Source: Opitutales bacterium
Lineage (GTDB): Bacteria; Verrucomicrobiota; Verrucomicrobiia; Opitutales; JABSRG01
DNA length: 64,000 nucleotides
Reading direction: 5' to 3'
Assembly: GCA_049599475.1 (NCBI GenBank)
Contig: JBMYOQ010000007.1
Location: forward strand, 49,800-113,799
This document shows positions 47,969 through 59,407 of the stretch, piece after piece. The notes under the pieces were generated by a model that had not been told where the DNA came from, did no database searches, and worked only from the letters and a program-made list of their open reading frames with translations. The first letter of the stretch is position 1; each line of letters starts with the position of its first letter. Made by a program: the position numbers and the translations under genes.

Positions 47969-49348
47969 ATGAAAAATCTCACAAAAAGTATGCTCGGCAT
48001 CGTTGCTGGCGGACTCGTTTCTGTCGGCACTCTATCCGCTGAATTGCTTGATCTTGAAAAAGACGAGCTGAAATTCGGCTTCATTAAGCTGACTGATTGC
48101 GCGCCAATCGTCATCGCTAAAGAAAAAGGCTTCTTCGAAGACGAAGGTCTTCAGGTCGAAGTCATCGCACAGCCAAACTGGAAGCAACTCCTCGACAACG
48201 TCATCAACGGCGAACTCGACGGTGCACACATGCTTTCTGGTCAGCCAATCGCGGCGACCATCGGCTTCGGAACAAAGTCACACATCGTTACCTCTTACAC
48301 ACTCGACCTGAATGGTAACGGTATCACTGTTTCCAACGACATTTGGAAGCAAATGCAGGAGAACGATCCAGATTTGGATACAGACACTCCTGAGCACCCA
48401 ATCACAGCAGACGCTCTTAAGCCAATCGTAGAAGAAGCTAAGGACGAAGGTAAATTGCTGCCCATGGGTATGGTTTTCCCAGTATCGACTCACAACTATG
48501 AGATCCGCTACTGGCTCGCAGCTGCTGACATCCACCCTGGAATGTACACTTCTACAGACATCAAGGGCTTCACTGGCGGTGATATCGAGCTTTCTACAAC
48601 GCCTCCACCGCAAATGCCTGCGACTCTTGAGTCTGGTAAAAACGTAGCTTACTGCGTAGGTGAGCCATGGAACCAACAAGCTGTTGCTAAGGGTATCGGT
48701 GTTCCTGTTACAACCAACTACGACATCTGGAAGAACAATCCAGAGAAGGTATTTGGTGTTACTAAGGCATGGGCGGACGAAAATCCAAACACACACATCG
48801 CGGTTACTAAGGCCCTCATCCGTGCAGGTAAGTGGCTCGACGAGACAAACGCTTCTGGCGACCTCGTTAACCGTGAAGAAGCTTGCCGTATTCTTTCTCA
48901 GTCAAACTACGTAGGTGCAGACTACGACGTTCTCAAGAACTCAATGACTGGTTACTTCTACTTCCAGAAGACAGACAAGCGCGAGATGCCTGACTTCAAC
49001 GTATTCTTCAAATACCAAGCATCATTCCCATGGTACTCAGACGGTATCTGGTTCCTTACACAAATGCGTCGTTGGGGCCAAATCACTGAGCCTAAGCCAG
49101 CTGAGTGGTACCACGAAACAGCAAAGTCTGTTTATCTCCCAGATGTATACTTGGCTGCTGCCGAGCACCTCATCGAAGAAGGTCACATCACAGCTGACGA
49201 AGTACCAGCATTCGATGCGTCAGAAGAGTGGGCTGGCTACAAGCCAAAGACTCCTGCGTCTGACTTCATCGACGGCATCCCATACGACGGCCGCGATCCT
49301 ATCGGTTACCTGAACTCACACAAGATCGGTAACAAGGACGAAATTTAG
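47969..49348 (+). CDS. nrtA: nitrate ABC transporter substrate-binding protein (NrtA/CmpA)
   Basis: Signal peptide; [62 protein letters not shown]. Confidence 0.93.
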   Translation: MKNLTKSMLGIVAGGLVSVGTLSAELLDLEKDELKFGFIKLTDCAPIVIAKEKGFFEDEGLQVEVIAQPNWKQLLDNVINGELDGAHMLSGQPIAATIGFGTKSHIVTSYTLDLNGNGITVSNDIWKQMQENDPDLDTDTPEHPITADALKPIVEEAKDEGKLLPMGMVFPVSTHNYEIRYWLAAADIHPGMYTSTDIKGFTGGDIELSTTPPPQMPATLESGKNVAYCVGEPWNQQAVAKGIGVPVTTNYDIWKNNPEKVFGVTKAWADENPNTHIAVTKALIRAGKWLDETNASGDLVNREEACRILSQSNYVGADYDVLKNSMTGYFYFQKTDKREMPDFNVFFKYQASFPWYSDGIWFLTQMRRWGQITEPKPAEWYHETAKSVYLPDVYLAAAEHLIEEGHITADEVPAFDASEEWAGYKPKTPASDFIDGIPYDGRDPIGYLNSHKIGNKDEI

Positions 49349-49474
49349 TGTATCCGCAGGGTATTTCATAACCTGCAGTTATTCGTGTAGTGGTTGCCTC
49401 TTGCCGTTCGTCGGCAAGGGGCTTTCTGGGCAGAACACTTACACAATTTATCTCCTTTCCAACAACCTTAAATC

Positions 49475-51103
49475 ATGGCTGGCAAAAGCTCAGACGAAAT
49501 CAAATATCGCATTCTGCGATTCATCGACGTAACGGGATTCACCGTATTTGATCCAATGGTACGCCTCGCATTTGGCGAGGATCCGCAAAAGCAGATCAAA
49601 TCGATTGTACAATTTTTTATAATCCCGATTATCTTTTTGTGCGCCTGTGTATGGCTCTGGTGGGTAGTCGCTCCCAACCACAAAACGAAATCGGGTGAGG
49701 TGCCAACTCCGGACATCATCGTCCGCTCCGCTGTAATTAATGATACTTTCAGCGATCGAGAAAAAACCAAAGAGACAGACTTCCTGCTCGTTGACGCAGA
49801 GAGAGAGTCCACCCTCGCTGAGGTAGAAGCCCTCATCGCGGAGAAAGAGGTCGAGCTGGATAAGCTCAAAGAAGAGCTTTCAGGACACGAGTCTGATTAC
49901 CAGGCGCAATTAGATCAGCGCCTCGCTCCTTTTCAAACTCAGCTAGACGAGCTGAAGGCAGAAAATAAGGTAACGCTTGATGAGAAGAAAGCTGCCATCA
50001 CTGCTGAAGCTGAAAAGATTGAAGCAGGAAATGGTTCTCCTGATGCGCTACTCGCTGCAATTCGTGCCGAAGGTGAGGCGAAAGACTCAGCGCGGGCTCT
50101 TGAGTCTGTGATCAAAGATGAGATCGATTTGATTCGTTCTGACAAATACAAGCCGCTTGAACAATCACGTCTAGAGGTTAACGCCGTTGCCGACGAAATT
50201 CAGTTTTTGAAAAAGCGTGTCGATTTCCTTTCGGATTCGAATCGCAGCATCCGTGTAGCAGAAGCTAAGGAAAAGCTCGCGGGCTACGAGGCTGATCTTG
50301 CAGAGGCAACGACGGCTAAAACATCGCTTTCCGTGGCGAAACGCGTGGTACGTTCTGAGGAGTCAATCGAACGTCTCGAGGGGCAGCAATATGCTTCTGC
50401 GATGACGGTTTACCTACAAATTAAGCGGAGTCTTTTCACGGTATTTGTCGGGTTTATTACTGCAGCCGTTATAGCGATTCCAATCGGTATTCTGTGTGGA
50501 TTGAGCCGTATTGCAATGGCATGTCTTACGCCCATTATTTCGGTCTTTAAGCCGGTATCACCTGTTGTATGGCTTCTTATTTTCCAAATTATCGTTGGAG
50601 CCTTTTTCCCAGATCCAGAGTCACACCCGTTCTTCCTTTTCTTGAATGGACTGCCTTTGATCGGTGCCCTGGGCATCAACCCTGCGCTGATCTTCTCGGC
50701 ATGCACCGTTGCGATGTGTGCGGTTTGGCCAGCTTTGGTGAACACAGCTCTGGGCGTATCCTCTATTGATAAGGACCACATCAATGTAGCCCGTGTATTG
50801 CGTCTCAACTTCTGGGAACGATTGACTAAGATCATCATTCCTTCCGCGATGCCTCTCGTCTTCGCCGGTCTCCGTATTTCTCTCGGTGTCGGATGGATGG
50901 TATTGATCGCTGCTGAAGCGCTCTCATCTTCGGATGGTTTGGGTAAGTTCGTCTGGGACGAATACCAAAACGGTTCTTCATTCTCTTTCGCGAATATCAT
51001 CTACGCATGTTTTGTAGTGGGAATCATCGGATTCTTCCTCGATCGCATGATGATCATTCTCCAGCGCTTTGTCTCATTCGACGGCGGCGGAACATCGCTC
51101 TAA
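49475..51103 (+). CDS. nrtB: nitrate ABC permease with long coiled-coil insertion
   Basis: [50 protein letters not shown]. Confidence 0.9.
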   Translation: MAGKSSDEIKYRILRFIDVTGFTVFDPMVRLAFGEDPQKQIKSIVQFFIIPIIFLCACVWLWWVVAPNHKTKSGEVPTPDIIVRSAVINDTFSDREKTKETDFLLVDAERESTLAEVEALIAEKEVELDKLKEELSGHESDYQAQLDQRLAPFQTQLDELKAENKVTLDEKKAAITAEAEKIEAGNGSPDALLAAIRAEGEAKDSARALESVIKDEIDLIRSDKYKPLEQSRLEVNAVADEIQFLKKRVDFLSDSNRSIRVAEAKEKLAGYEADLAEATTAKTSLSVAKRVVRSEESIERLEGQQYASAMTVYLQIKRSLFTVFVGFITAAVIAIPIGILCGLSRIAMACLTPIISVFKPVSPVVWLLIFQIIVGAFFPDPESHPFFLFLNGLPLIGALGINPALIFSACTVAMCAVWPALVNTALGVSSIDKDHINVARVLRLNFWERLTKIIIPSAMPLVFAGLRISLGVGWMVLIAAEALSSSDGLGKFVWDEYQNGSSFSFANIIYACFVVGIIGFFLDRMMIILQRFVSFDGGGTSL

Positions 51104-51142
51104 GGTTATCCACACTCCACAACCAAGCAAAATCTAAGAGCT

Positions 51143-52057
51143 ATGGCATTTTTAGAAATTGATAACGTAAATATCGGTTTTGGACCTCAGGATAATCGAT
51201 ACGAAGTCCTCGCGAACCTGAACCTTTCCGTTAAGGAGAACGAATTCATCGCAGTCGTTGGTTTCTCTGGAGCAGGCAAGTCCACGCTGATTTCTCTGTT
51301 GGCTGGATTGCTTCAACCCGATAGCGGAGAAATCCGCCTCGCGGGACAGAAGATCAAGGAGCCTTCTCCGCGCCTGGGCATCATGTTTCAGAACTACTCG
51401 CTGCTCCCTTGGCTGACCGTTTACGAGAATGTCGCCTTGGCGGTAAAACAGGTCTTTCCAAAATACTCGAAAGACGAGCTGCGTGAGCACGTAGAGCGCT
51501 ACGTCGCCATGGTTAAGCTGACGCCAGCTTTGGGTAAAAAACCGTCCGAGCTTTCGGGGGGAATGCGCCAGCGTGCTTCGCTCGCGAGAACATTGGCGAT
51601 GAAACCAGAGATTCTTCTGCTCGACGAACCTCTCTCAGCGCTCGACGCCTTGACCCGTGCCGAAATCCAGGACGAGATCATCAATATCTGGGAAAAAGAC
51701 AAACGTACCATTGTCATGATTACAAATGACGTGGACGAGGCGGTCTTGATGGCGGATAAGATTGTTCCACTTACCATGGGGCCCAGTGCTACGCTGGATA
51801 CACCATTTCCCGTGAACTTGGAGCGTCCGCGCAATCGCACAACGCTGAATACAAATCCGGAATTCCGCCGTCTTCGCAGCGATATTTCGAAATACATGGT
51901 AAGGCTCAATGATGAAACTAAGGCGCTGAGCGAAAATCAGACAGTTGTTGACCTGCCAGAAATCATGCCGGTCGATTTCACTGTAGTGCCTCACGCGAAA
52001 GCGAAAGGGCGTCGTCGCAGCAAGATCCAAAAGCGTGCGAACGCTGCCGAAAAATAG
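51143..52057 (+). CDS. nrtC: nitrate ABC ATP-binding protein
   Basis: [47 protein letters not shown]. Confidence 0.85.
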   Translation: MAFLEIDNVNIGFGPQDNRYEVLANLNLSVKENEFIAVVGFSGAGKSTLISLLAGLLQPDSGEIRLAGQKIKEPSPRLGIMFQNYSLLPWLTVYENVALAVKQVFPKYSKDELREHVERYVAMVKLTPALGKKPSELSGGMRQRASLARTLAMKPEILLLDEPLSALDALTRAEIQDEIINIWEKDKRTIVMITNDVDEAVLMADKIVPLTMGPSATLDTPFPVNLERPRNRTTLNTNPEFRRLRSDISKYMVRLNDETKALSENQTVVDLPEIMPVDFTVVPHAKAKGRRRSKIQKRANAAEK

Positions 52058-52139
52058 TCCTAGAAAGTCAAGGACGCCTCTTTTTGAGAGCGTCCATCTC
52101 CTCCACAACTTCAGTTAATTTCTAAAACATTTTTCTCGT

Positions 52140-52967
52140 ATGATAGACGAACGCTACGTCGAAATCTTTAATTTGGTAAAGGCTTACCCAAACCCGTTTG
52201 GCGATGAGATCAAAGTCGTTGACGGATTCGAGCTCAGAGTCCCCAGAGGGGACGTTGTATCGATCATTGGACACTCAGGCTGCGGTAAGTCGACTGTTCT
52301 CAATATGATCGCAGGGCTTATTCCGATTTCTGATGGCGGCATTATTGTCGCCGATAAGGAAGTGGACGGCCCGGGGCCTGACCGTGCCGTGGTATTCCAA
52401 GCCCCTTGTTTGTTGCCATGGATGACTGCATTTCAGAACGTCATGATCGGCGTGAAGCGCAGCTACCCACATGCGACCAAGGAGCAACGTATCGAAATGG
52501 TGGAGTCATCTCTATCCATGGTTGGCCTTAAGGACGCTATGCAAAAGTATCCGCGGGAAATGTCTGGCGGTATGCAGCAGCGTGTGGGAATTGCACGTGC
52601 CATCGCGCTGAAGCCACGCATGCTCCTCCTCGATGAGCCTCTCGGTCGTCTAGACTCTCTGACCCGTATGGAGCTTCAGGACGTGATCCTTCGTATCCTT
52701 GATAAGGAGAAAATCACTACAATGCTCATTACGCACGATCCGGATGAAGCTGTGTTCATGTCCGACCGCATTTGTATGATGACCAATGGTCCGCATGCGA
52801 AAGTGGGGGAAGTGATGGAAATCGAATTTGAGCGTCCCCGTAATCGTGAAGAGATTATGGAGCTCCCCGAGTTTTACGCATATCGCCAACGCCTTCTCAA
52901 GTTCCTTGATGACTGCGAGCATGAGAAGGAAGAGCGCAAGAAGAACAAGGAGGCAAAGAGCGCCTAA
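52140..52967 (+). CDS. nrtD: nitrate ABC ATP-binding protein
   Basis: [46 protein letters not shown]. Confidence 0.87.
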   Translation: MIDERYVEIFNLVKAYPNPFGDEIKVVDGFELRVPRGDVVSIIGHSGCGKSTVLNMIAGLIPISDGGIIVADKEVDGPGPDRAVVFQAPCLLPWMTAFQNVMIGVKRSYPHATKEQRIEMVESSLSMVGLKDAMQKYPREMSGGMQQRVGIARAIALKPRMLLLDEPLGRLDSLTRMELQDVILRILDKEKITTMLITHDPDEAVFMSDRICMMTNGPHAKVGEVMEIEFERPRNREEIMELPEFYAYRQRLLKFLDDCEHEKEERKKNKEAKSA

Positions 52968-53041
52968 ACAATTTGGTTGTGGAGATACCAGGTCCCCTGA
53001 GCGCGGGTTTCTGTGCCGGGGGACCAAATTTTAGAAGAAAC

Positions 53042-55333
53042 ATGGTTGAGCCGATCCCAGACAATTCTACTAAGAGCGTTCGCTCGGTGTGCCCTTATTG
53101 TGGGGTCGGTTGTGGGATGGTACTCAACGTGAAGGACAATAAGATTGTCCGAGTTCTCGGGGATCGAGACCACCCATCGAGTGAAGGTCGTCTGTGCACA
53201 AAAGGCAACACGGCTGGGGTTCCGGTTGATAATAAAGATCGCCTTACTAAATTCCAATTTCGCGCATCCATAGACAGAGATTTCGAGGCAATAGCGCCTG
53301 ATGCCGCGCTAGACCAAGTCGCCGCGACTCTGAAAAAGATTCTGGAAGAATCTGGTCCCGACTCACTTGCGTTTTACGTATCAGGGCAAATGTCCACGGA
53401 ATCTCAATACGCCTGCAATAAATTGGCGAAGGGCTTCTGGGGAACGAACAATATCGACTCGAATTCACGCCTCTGCATGGCGAGTGCGGCTTCTGGGTAC
53501 AAGCAGAGTTTCGGGGCTGATTCGCCCGAGGCCTCCTACAGCGATATCGATCACGCCGACGCTTTCTTTGCCATTGGATCGAATATGGCAGATTGCCACC
53601 CGATCTTGCATCAACGTGTGATGCGCCGCATGAAAGACGGTGGGGCGAAGCTTATTGTTGTGGATCCGCGCTTCACGGATACCGCTAAGGGAGCTGATCT
53701 GTTTTTGCAGATTATGCCGGGGACCGATTTGGCGCTTTTAAATGGTCTGCTTAACGGGTTGATTCAACGCGGCAAGATTGATGACCAATTTGTCGCTGAG
53801 CACACTGAAGGTCTGGAAGAAACGATCCGCATCGTGGCCTCCTATTCGTTGAGCAAGACTTCTAAACTGACCGGCCTCTCTGTTGAGTCATTGGAAAGTG
53901 CTCTTGATATTCTCTGCGAAGCAAATGCGTGGATGAGTTTCTGGACTATGGGGCTCAATCAGTCGCGTCGCGGTACCGCTCATACAGCAGCAATTTGTAA
54001 TCTACATCTCCTTACAGGGCAGCTTGGAAAAGTCGGAGCCGGCCCATTCTCGCTTACTGGGCAACCCAACGCCATGGGAGGTCGCGAAGTAGGCTATCTC
54101 TCTGCAGGTCTGCCTGGACAACGTGCCGTAGCGAATGCCGCGGATCGCGCGCGTGTCGAAGATCTTTGGGGAGTAGAGCCTGGAACCATTCAGCCGAAGC
54201 CTGGACCCGTCGCACAGGATATGTTCGACAAGGTCCATGAAGGTAAGATCAGGGCGGTCTGGGTGATCGGAACCAATCCAGTAGCATCGATGCCACGTAA
54301 TGGTCTGGTAGCCAAAGCGCTCGAAAAGGCTGATTGTGTGATTGTTCAAGATGTCTTCGAGGGCAATGAGACTTCCAAATACGCGCACTACATGCTTCCT
54401 GGAGCGCTCTGGGCTGAAGCGGAGGGCACTATGGTGAATTCCGAACGCCGTATCACTCTCATGCAAGAGGCCGTTTCGCCTCCCGGAGAAGCGATGGCGG
54501 ATTGGGAGATTATCTGTGAAATTGCGAAGCGAATGGGTTACTCCGGTTTTGATTTCGCGAACGCATCCGAAGTCTTCGAAGAGATTAAAACTTTCCGCAA
54601 TGAAGCGACTCAATACATTTTGGATGGCGTGACCTATGATCGCCTGCGCGAGACATCATTGCAATGGCCCTGCTATGAGAAATCTAGCCTGGGTCTTTCT
54701 AAGCGGTATGGCTGGCGGTATGACACTGACTTTGCCGAAGAAGGTATCTCTGAGCAAGTGCTCCGGTTTGCGACACCTTCTGGCCGAGCGCAATTTGTTC
54801 AAACGCCTTACACACCGGATCCAGAAAAGAAGGATTCCAGCAGCCTTACACTGAACACAGGCCGTTACCCGCACCAGTGGCATACGCTGACGAAGACGGG
54901 TCGGGTAGATACATTGAATCGATTGAACGGCGGACCGAAGATCGAAATCAATGCTCAAGACGCTGAGCGAATTGGTATTGAAGACGGCACTGCTGTAGAG
55001 GTGAAATCGGAGATCGGAATATTTAAGATCCCAGCTTCTATCTCCGAAGATGTTTTGCCGGGTCAGTGCTTTGCTCCGATTCACTGGAACCAAGCATTCC
55101 AAGAGGACGGTTCGGTAAACGCGGCGACGATTGCTGAAAGCGATCCTGTTTCACTGCAGCCCGCCTTAAAGTCCGCTGAAGTATCCATCATTCCAACAGG
55201 TGAAAAGATACCGACCGCACCGAGCGAAACGAAAACAAGCGAAGAGATTGAATATGAAGACGGCTACGAGATGGCCAGCCGCTCTGTTCGCTTATTCCGA
55301 GGTGCGAAAGGTCCAATCGCCCTAATCAGTTAA
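53042..55333 (+). CDS. nasA: assimilatory nitrate reductase catalytic subunit (Mo-bisPGD, NasA/NarB family)
   Basis: CPYCGVGCG...LCTKG [4Fe-4S], DSNSRLCMASA, GSNMADCHP, SLTGQPNAMGGRE, GTMVNSERR, TGRYPHQWHTLTKTG. Confidence 0.9.
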   Translation: MVEPIPDNSTKSVRSVCPYCGVGCGMVLNVKDNKIVRVLGDRDHPSSEGRLCTKGNTAGVPVDNKDRLTKFQFRASIDRDFEAIAPDAALDQVAATLKKILEESGPDSLAFYVSGQMSTESQYACNKLAKGFWGTNNIDSNSRLCMASAASGYKQSFGADSPEASYSDIDHADAFFAIGSNMADCHPILHQRVMRRMKDGGAKLIVVDPRFTDTAKGADLFLQIMPGTDLALLNGLLNGLIQRGKIDDQFVAEHTEGLEETIRIVASYSLSKTSKLTGLSVESLESALDILCEANAWMSFWTMGLNQSRRGTAHTAAICNLHLLTGQLGKVGAGPFSLTGQPNAMGGREVGYLSAGLPGQRAVANAADRARVEDLWGVEPGTIQPKPGPVAQDMFDKVHEGKIRAVWVIGTNPVASMPRNGLVAKALEKADCVIVQDVFEGNETSKYAHYMLPGALWAEAEGTMVNSERRITLMQEAVSPPGEAMADWEIICEIAKRMGYSGFDFANASEVFEEIKTFRNEATQYILDGVTYDRLRETSLQWPCYEKSSLGLSKRYGWRYDTDFAEEGISEQVLRFATPSGRAQFVQTPYTPDPEKKDSSSLTLNTGRYPHQWHTLTKTGRVDTLNRLNGGPKIEINAQDAERIGIEDGTAVEVKSEIGIFKIPASISEDVLPGQCFAPIHWNQAFQEDGSVNAATIAESDPVSLQPALKSAEVSIIPTGEKIPTAPSETKTSEEIEYEDGYEMASRSVRLFRGAKGPIALIS

Positions 55334-55360
55334 TTTTCTAAAATCTCTCCACATCACATC

Positions 55361-57133
55361 ATGAGCACACTAGAAAACCAGGCTTTCTCGGTAGAGCAGA
55401 AAGAATATCTTCAAGGGTTCTTCTCGGGTGTTGCGCAACGTACGCACAACCCTTTCCTCGGTGAAACCGCAGGTGGACTCCTCACAAACGACCCAAGCCA
55501 AGCGGCGACAGGAAATCAAATTGACGAAGTTTACGGCGTTCCGATTGAAGATCTCTGTAAGGAAGAAAAAATTAAGCACGAGGAGCATGGGCTCGATGTG
55601 TTTAATAAAATCTGGGACCACGCCGATGCAGACAAATTTCCTGATGGTGGAGATGTATTCCGTTGGAAGTTCCATGGCTTGTTCTATGTGAAGCCTGCTC
55701 AGGAGTCTCTCATGCTTCGCTGCCGCATTGCCGGATGTGCGCTGAAGGATTACCAGATGGAAGGCCTTGCGGAGATCGCTGAAGACTGGGGCGGAAATTA
55801 CGCACACGTGACGACACGTGGTAATTTCCAGATTCGCGAGATCATGCCGCGCAACGCGATGAAGGTTCTCCTTAAGTTGGGCGAAATTGGGTTAACCTCA
55901 CGAGGCTCGGGCGCGGACAATCTTCGTAACATCACGGCGTCGCCAACATCAGGATTTGATCCGCACGAAGTCTATGACGTGCTGCCGCTGGCGCGTGCGA
56001 TGCATACTTACATCATGAATACTCGCATGATGTATGATCTGCCGCGCAAGTTTAATATCTCCTTTGATAATGGCGGGCCAATCAGCGTGTGTGCAGATAC
56101 CAATGACATCGCTTTCTACGCGGTTCGCGTGAGTGAGGGCCATGGGGTCGAGCCAGGTGTATATTTCCGAGTTCAACTCTGTGGTATTACTGGTCACAAG
56201 CAATTTGCCAAGGATTGCGGACTTCTTTTGAAGGCAGATGAATGTGTGCCGGTCGCTGCAGCGATGGTGCGCGTCTTTGTCAAAAACGGGTGCCGGACTA
56301 ATCGCAAGAAGGCTCGCCTCAAGTATCTTGTCGATGATTGGGGTTTTGAAAAATTCCTTGAGAAGACCCAGGAAGAGCTCGCCTTCACGATGGGCAAGCT
56401 ACCGTTGGAAGCCTGTGAGCCGCGGATGAATATTGAGCGCCACGGCTACTTGGGCGTGCATCCACAAAAGCAAGAAGGTTTCAATTACATCGGTCTTGTG
56501 GTACCAGTAGGATTCCTCACGCCAGATCAGATGAAGGGTATCGCACGTATTTCCCGCCGATACGGCAGCAGCGATATACGCCTGACGGTTTGGCAGAATG
56601 TCATCATCCCGGATATAGCGGATGCGGACCTTGAAACGGTTAAGGAAGAGATCAAGAAACTCGGCCTGAACTATACAACCAACTTTATTACCGGGGGACT
56701 CGTCGCCTGCACCGGAAACCGAGGCTGTAAGTATTCTTCTGCGGATACAAAAGGCCATGCTATGCTGATCAGTGAACGCCTGTCAGAGCGCGTTCCTCTC
56801 GACCAACCGATCAATATCCATCTCACCGGTTGCCCGCACTCCTGCGCTCAGCACTACGTAGGTGATATCGGCCTGATCGCGACACCTGTCAAAAAAGACG
56901 GCGTGAGCGTAGAGGGCTACAATATGGTAATTGGCGGCGGTGTCGACAACGAGCAGGGCATTGCTCGGGAGCTACAAAATGGCCTCGTTGGAGATGAACT
57001 CCCAGAAGTCATTGAAAACATCTTACAGCGCTACATGAGCAAGCGCGAGAAAGGTGAGAGCTTTTTAGAATTCGTGCGCCGTCACGATATCGAAGAATTA
57101 AAAAATCTGTTTTTTGACCATGTCGCAGCCTAA
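55361..57133 (+). CDS. nirA: siroheme nitrite reductase, NirA (ferredoxin-type)
   Basis: [46 protein letters not shown]. Confidence 0.9.
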   Translation: MSTLENQAFSVEQKEYLQGFFSGVAQRTHNPFLGETAGGLLTNDPSQAATGNQIDEVYGVPIEDLCKEEKIKHEEHGLDVFNKIWDHADADKFPDGGDVFRWKFHGLFYVKPAQESLMLRCRIAGCALKDYQMEGLAEIAEDWGGNYAHVTTRGNFQIREIMPRNAMKVLLKLGEIGLTSRGSGADNLRNITASPTSGFDPHEVYDVLPLARAMHTYIMNTRMMYDLPRKFNISFDNGGPISVCADTNDIAFYAVRVSEGHGVEPGVYFRVQLCGITGHKQFAKDCGLLLKADECVPVAAAMVRVFVKNGCRTNRKKARLKYLVDDWGFEKFLEKTQEELAFTMGKLPLEACEPRMNIERHGYLGVHPQKQEGFNYIGLVVPVGFLTPDQMKGIARISRRYGSSDIRLTVWQNVIIPDIADADLETVKEEIKKLGLNYTTNFITGGLVACTGNRGCKYSSADTKGHAMLISERLSERVPLDQPINIHLTGCPHSCAQHYVGDIGLIATPVKKDGVSVEGYNMVIGGGVDNEQGIARELQNGLVGDELPEVIENILQRYMSKREKGESFLEFVRRHDIEELKNLFFDHVAA

Positions 57134-58862
57134 CTCATTCGTCCCATATATTCCTGATAACGCACCATTCACCGTCGATCAACGCGCATGGTTGAATGGA
57201 TTCCTGGCTGGAATGTTCTCGCAGCAGGGTGGCGCTGCCGCTGAGGCCGCTGCTCCGGTAGTATCCGCTACGATTCTTTTCGGCACCCAGACAGGTAACG
57301 CCGAAATGCTCGCGAGTCAGGCAGCGAAGAAGCTCAAAGCCTCGGGAGTCGACGCTAAGGCAGTCGATATGGACGGCTTCGATGCATCTACGCTGACTAC
57401 CGAAGAGAACCTCATCGTGATTACGAGTACTTACGGTGATGGTGAGCCACCTGACAATGCAGCAGAGCTACACGCAACATTGATGTCTGATGATGCACCC
57501 AAGCTGGAGAGCACATCGTTTGCAGTTTTCGGGCTAGGGGACACCAGCTACCCGGACTTCAATCAGTGTGCTAAGGACTTCGATGCAAGTCTCGAGCGTA
57601 TGGGCGGCAAGCGGATCATCGATCGCGTGGATGCCGATGTTGAATTTGAAGATGTCTTTGAAGAATGGCTGAAAAAGCTGGGAGAATCTCTATCTAGCGC
57701 GGCGGCGGTTCCTGCTGCAGCCGATGCCGAAGAAGAGTCGCCTGCATTCGGTAAGAAAAACCCATTTCCTGCAAAGATTGTCGAGAATTACAATCTCAAC
57801 GGCGAAGGCTCGAAGAAGGAGACACGTCACGTGTCAATCTCTCTGGAAGGTTCTGGTTTGGAATACGAAGCGGGGGATGCTCTAGCGATCGTTCCGCAGA
57901 ATAAAGAAGAGCTTGTGGATGCCTTTATCGCTAAGCTCGGTTTTGCTCCAGACGCAGCCGTGAAGGGCGCGTCCGGTGAGGATACACCTCTCAAGTCCGC
58001 GCTTACGAATGACTACGATATCTGTAAGATTACCAAAGTCTTGGCAGAAAGCTTGGCGAGTAAGAGCGCAAAGGCTGATGAGTTGAAAGCTCTTTTGGAA
58101 GACGCCAAGGCATTTGATGATTATTGTTGGGGCAGAGATTTGTTCGACCTCGTGAGCGATTACGAGATCACCTTCGCAGATGCTCAGGATTTTGTCGGCT
58201 CTTTGAAGAAGATCGCGCACCGCCTCTATTCAATTTCCTCAAGCCCACATGCGCATCCCGGTGAAGTGCATGTAACGGTTGGTCGCGTCTCTTACGAAAA
58301 AGAAGGCCGCACGCGCTATGGCGTTTGCTCCGATTATCTAGCCTGCACACCCGAGGGCCAGGAGCTCAAGGTGTTCACTCACGCCAATAAAAATTTCCGC
58401 CCACCCGCAGATCTCACGAAAGATGCAATCATGGTCGGCCCGGGAACAGGGATTGCTCCGTTCCGCGCCTTCCTCGAAGATCGCATTGCCAAGGACGCGA
58501 CAGGCCGCAATTGGCTCTTCTTTGGAGACCAAAAAGCTTCCTGCGACTTCCTCTACCGCGAGACGCTCGAAGGCTGGTTCAAAGATGGTAAGCTGACACG
58601 TCTGGACACGGCGTTCTCACGTGATCAGGCAGAAAAAATTTATGTGCAAAACCGTATGCGCGAATATGGGGCAGAGCTCTTCGCGTGGCTCGAAGGCGGC
58701 GCTAGCTTCTTCGTGTGCGGGGATGCCTCTCGCATGGCCAAGGATGTAGATACGGCACTGCACGATGTGATCGCGGAGCACGGTAAGATGTCTGCTGACG
58801 ATGCCGCCGCATATGTCAAAGCTCTCAAGTCGGCCAAGCGCTACCAGAGAGACGTATATTAA
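57120..58862 (+). CDS. CysJ-like diflavin (FMN/FAD) NADPH reductase
   Basis: [68 protein letters not shown]. Confidence 0.92.
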   Translation: MSQPNSFVPYIPDNAPFTVDQRAWLNGFLAGMFSQQGGAAAEAAAPVVSATILFGTQTGNAEMLASQAAKKLKASGVDAKAVDMDGFDASTLTTEENLIVITSTYGDGEPPDNAAELHATLMSDDAPKLESTSFAVFGLGDTSYPDFNQCAKDFDASLERMGGKRIIDRVDADVEFEDVFEEWLKKLGESLSSAAAVPAAADAEEESPAFGKKNPFPAKIVENYNLNGEGSKKETRHVSISLEGSGLEYEAGDALAIVPQNKEELVDAFIAKLGFAPDAAVKGASGEDTPLKSALTNDYDICKITKVLAESLASKSAKADELKALLEDAKAFDDYCWGRDLFDLVSDYEITFADAQDFVGSLKKIAHRLYSISSSPHAHPGEVHVTVGRVSYEKEGRTRYGVCSDYLACTPEGQELKVFTHANKNFRPPADLTKDAIMVGPGTGIAPFRAFLEDRIAKDATGRNWLFFGDQKASCDFLYRETLEGWFKDGKLTRLDTAFSRDQAEKIYVQNRMREYGAELFAWLEGGASFFVCGDASRMAKDVDTALHDVIAEHGKMSADDAAAYVKALKSAKRYQRDVY

Positions 58863-58952
58863 CTCTAATCATTCTTTGCCTACGAAACAGAATTGAACTG
58901 CAAATAGGAAATTTCTGCGAAAATCGTCTCATCCTGCCTCATCTTACAATAG

Positions 58953-59393
58953 ATGGGGCAGGGTATTTTAGGAATCTTCCAAGCGTTAAAAGAGCGTGTT
59001 CAAGGCGGGCAGCGCACCGAGCGAAAGAAGCTCGGCGATGAGGGAGAGAGCCTCGCGGCAAAATACCTCAGGTCCGAACGAAAATACACGATCATCGCAA
59101 GGAATTGGCAGCAGGGCCACCATGAGCTGGACATTGTCGCCAAAGATGGAGACGTCCTTATTTTTGTAGAAGTCAGAGCGCGCAAAGCGGGAGCCAAAGT
59201 TTCCGGATACCAAAGTATTACGCGAAAGAAGAAAGAATCTCTTCGCAATGCCTGCCGAGCCTACCTAAACACTATGCAACGGCGCGCTCCGAATTTCCGT
59301 TTTGACATCGTAGAAATAGCGCATTCATCCTCCGAACCGAAACGGGTGCGTCACTTTAAATCCATACCGCTTTTTCACAGACACTTTTTTTGA
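58953..59393 (+). CDS. YraN family putative endonuclease
   Basis: [30 protein letters not shown]. Confidence 0.9.
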   Translation: MGQGILGIFQALKERVQGGQRTERKKLGDEGESLAAKYLRSERKYTIIARNWQQGHHELDIVAKDGDVLIFVEVRARKAGAKVSGYQSITRKKKESLRNACRAYLNTMQRRAPNFRFDIVEIAHSSSEPKRVRHFKSIPLFHRHFF

Positions 59394-59407
59394 CACTAGA
59401 TACAGTA

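Noticed and set aside
57120..58862. cysJ of sulfate assimilation
   Set aside because: It overlaps nirA inside a nitrate operon with no cysI/H/D/N; more likely the electron donor for nitrate/nitrite reduction, so no symbol was assigned.
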